Positions 63,066 through 64,000 of a stretch of DNA of 64,000 nt are shown in pieces. The DNA lies in NCBI RefSeq assembly GCF_009914755.1, contig NC_060931.1; one strand, given 5' to 3'. This stretch comes from the human T2T-CHM13v2.0 reference genome, Homo sapiens. Position numbers and translations under genes: made by a program. Position 1 is the stretch's first letter. Every line of letters begins with the position of its first letter. The notes beneath the pieces are model-generated. The model did not search any database. It had not been told where the DNA came from and saw only the letters and a program-made list of their open reading frames with translations.

Positions 63066-64000
63066 TTAAAATACAAAAATTAGCTGGATGTGGTGGTGTG
63101 CGTCTGTAATCCCAGCTACTTGGGAGGCTAAGGCACAGTAGCTCGAACCTGGGAGGCAGAAGTTGCAGTGAGCTGAGATCATGCATGCCACTATACTCCA
63201 GCCCGGGCTACAGAGTGAGACTCTGTTTCAAAAATAAATAATAAATAAATAAAATGTAATAAGATGCCCAAGTGCCATTTGAAAAGTTAAAGGCATGAGA
63301 ATTGTACAGCATAGGCTTCAAACCTGCCACAGCAGAGAAACACCTGTTGCTGCTGGAGCACGGCCAGCACAGGTCATCTGGAGCAATGTGACACTGTGCT
63401 GCAACCCTGTCCGCCCGTCACAAGAGGCCCAGCACATACAGCACTGACATCATTTGGTGTGACAACATGGGTGCAACCAAGCTCCTTTCTCATCCCTTAC
63501 CTGCCAGTTTCTTTTCTTTTTTTTTTTTTTGGAGACAGAGTTTTGCTCTTGTTGCCCAGGCTGGAGTGCAATGGTGCGATCTTGGGTCACTACCAACCTC
63601 AGGTGATCTGCCCACCTCAGCCTCCCAAAGTGCTGGGATTACTGGCGTGAGCCACCATGCCAGGCAAGGATTACCTGCCAGTTTCTGCAGACGTGTGCCA
63701 AATACACAGCATAGCTGGCTAGACACCGTAGGCCTAGGCTGGGTACAGTGGCTCATGCCTGTAATCCCAGCACTTTGGGAAGGCGAGGCGGACGGATCAC
63801 TTGAGATCAGGACTTCGAGACCAGCCTGGCCAACATGGTGAAACCCAGCCTCTACTAAAAACACAAAATTAGCAGGGTGTGATGGTACATGCCTGTAATC
63901 CCAGCTACTAGGAAGGCTGAGGCAGAATTGATTGAACCAGGGAGATGCAGGTTGTAGTGAGCAGAAATCACACCACTGCACTCCAGCCTGTGTGACAAAG

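Overview
Human genomic DNA from the Williams-Beuren region (7q11.23), recognised from the encoded proteins and the miRNA. It contains: (1) the 3' end of EIF4H (+; exons 5-7 and 3'UTR) with intronic MIR590; (2) the complete LAT2/NTAL/LAB gene (+). I rebuilt 11 coding exons by hand, giving a 732-nt, 243-aa CDS, plus non-coding exons 1, 2 and 14; (3) RFC2 exons 2-11 (-; AAA+ clamp-loader subunit, exon 1 lies beyond the window), convergent with LAT2. The rest is very Alu-dense, with L1, L2, MIR, MaLR and Tigger/mariner relics, a ~1-kb homopurine tract and a ~780-bp interrupted (TA)n tract. Almost all long ORFs in the supplied track are repeat artefacts. I see no convincing new multi-gene system. 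The most interesting observations are regulatory or structural: an exonised antisense Alu in the LAT2 5'UTR that carries a strong-context uORF and sits directly behind the (TA)n tract; a candidate EIF4H 3'UTR intron near the NMD boundary; an in-frame alternative donor in LAT2 exon 10; a PU.1/RUNX/C-EBP motif cluster in LAT2; a CTCF motif between two ~155-bp direct repeats; two young AluYb8 copies; and fold-back Alu hairpins either side of the RFC2 Walker-B exon. Exon numbers and repeat subfamily names come from recall, and repeat boundaries are approximate.
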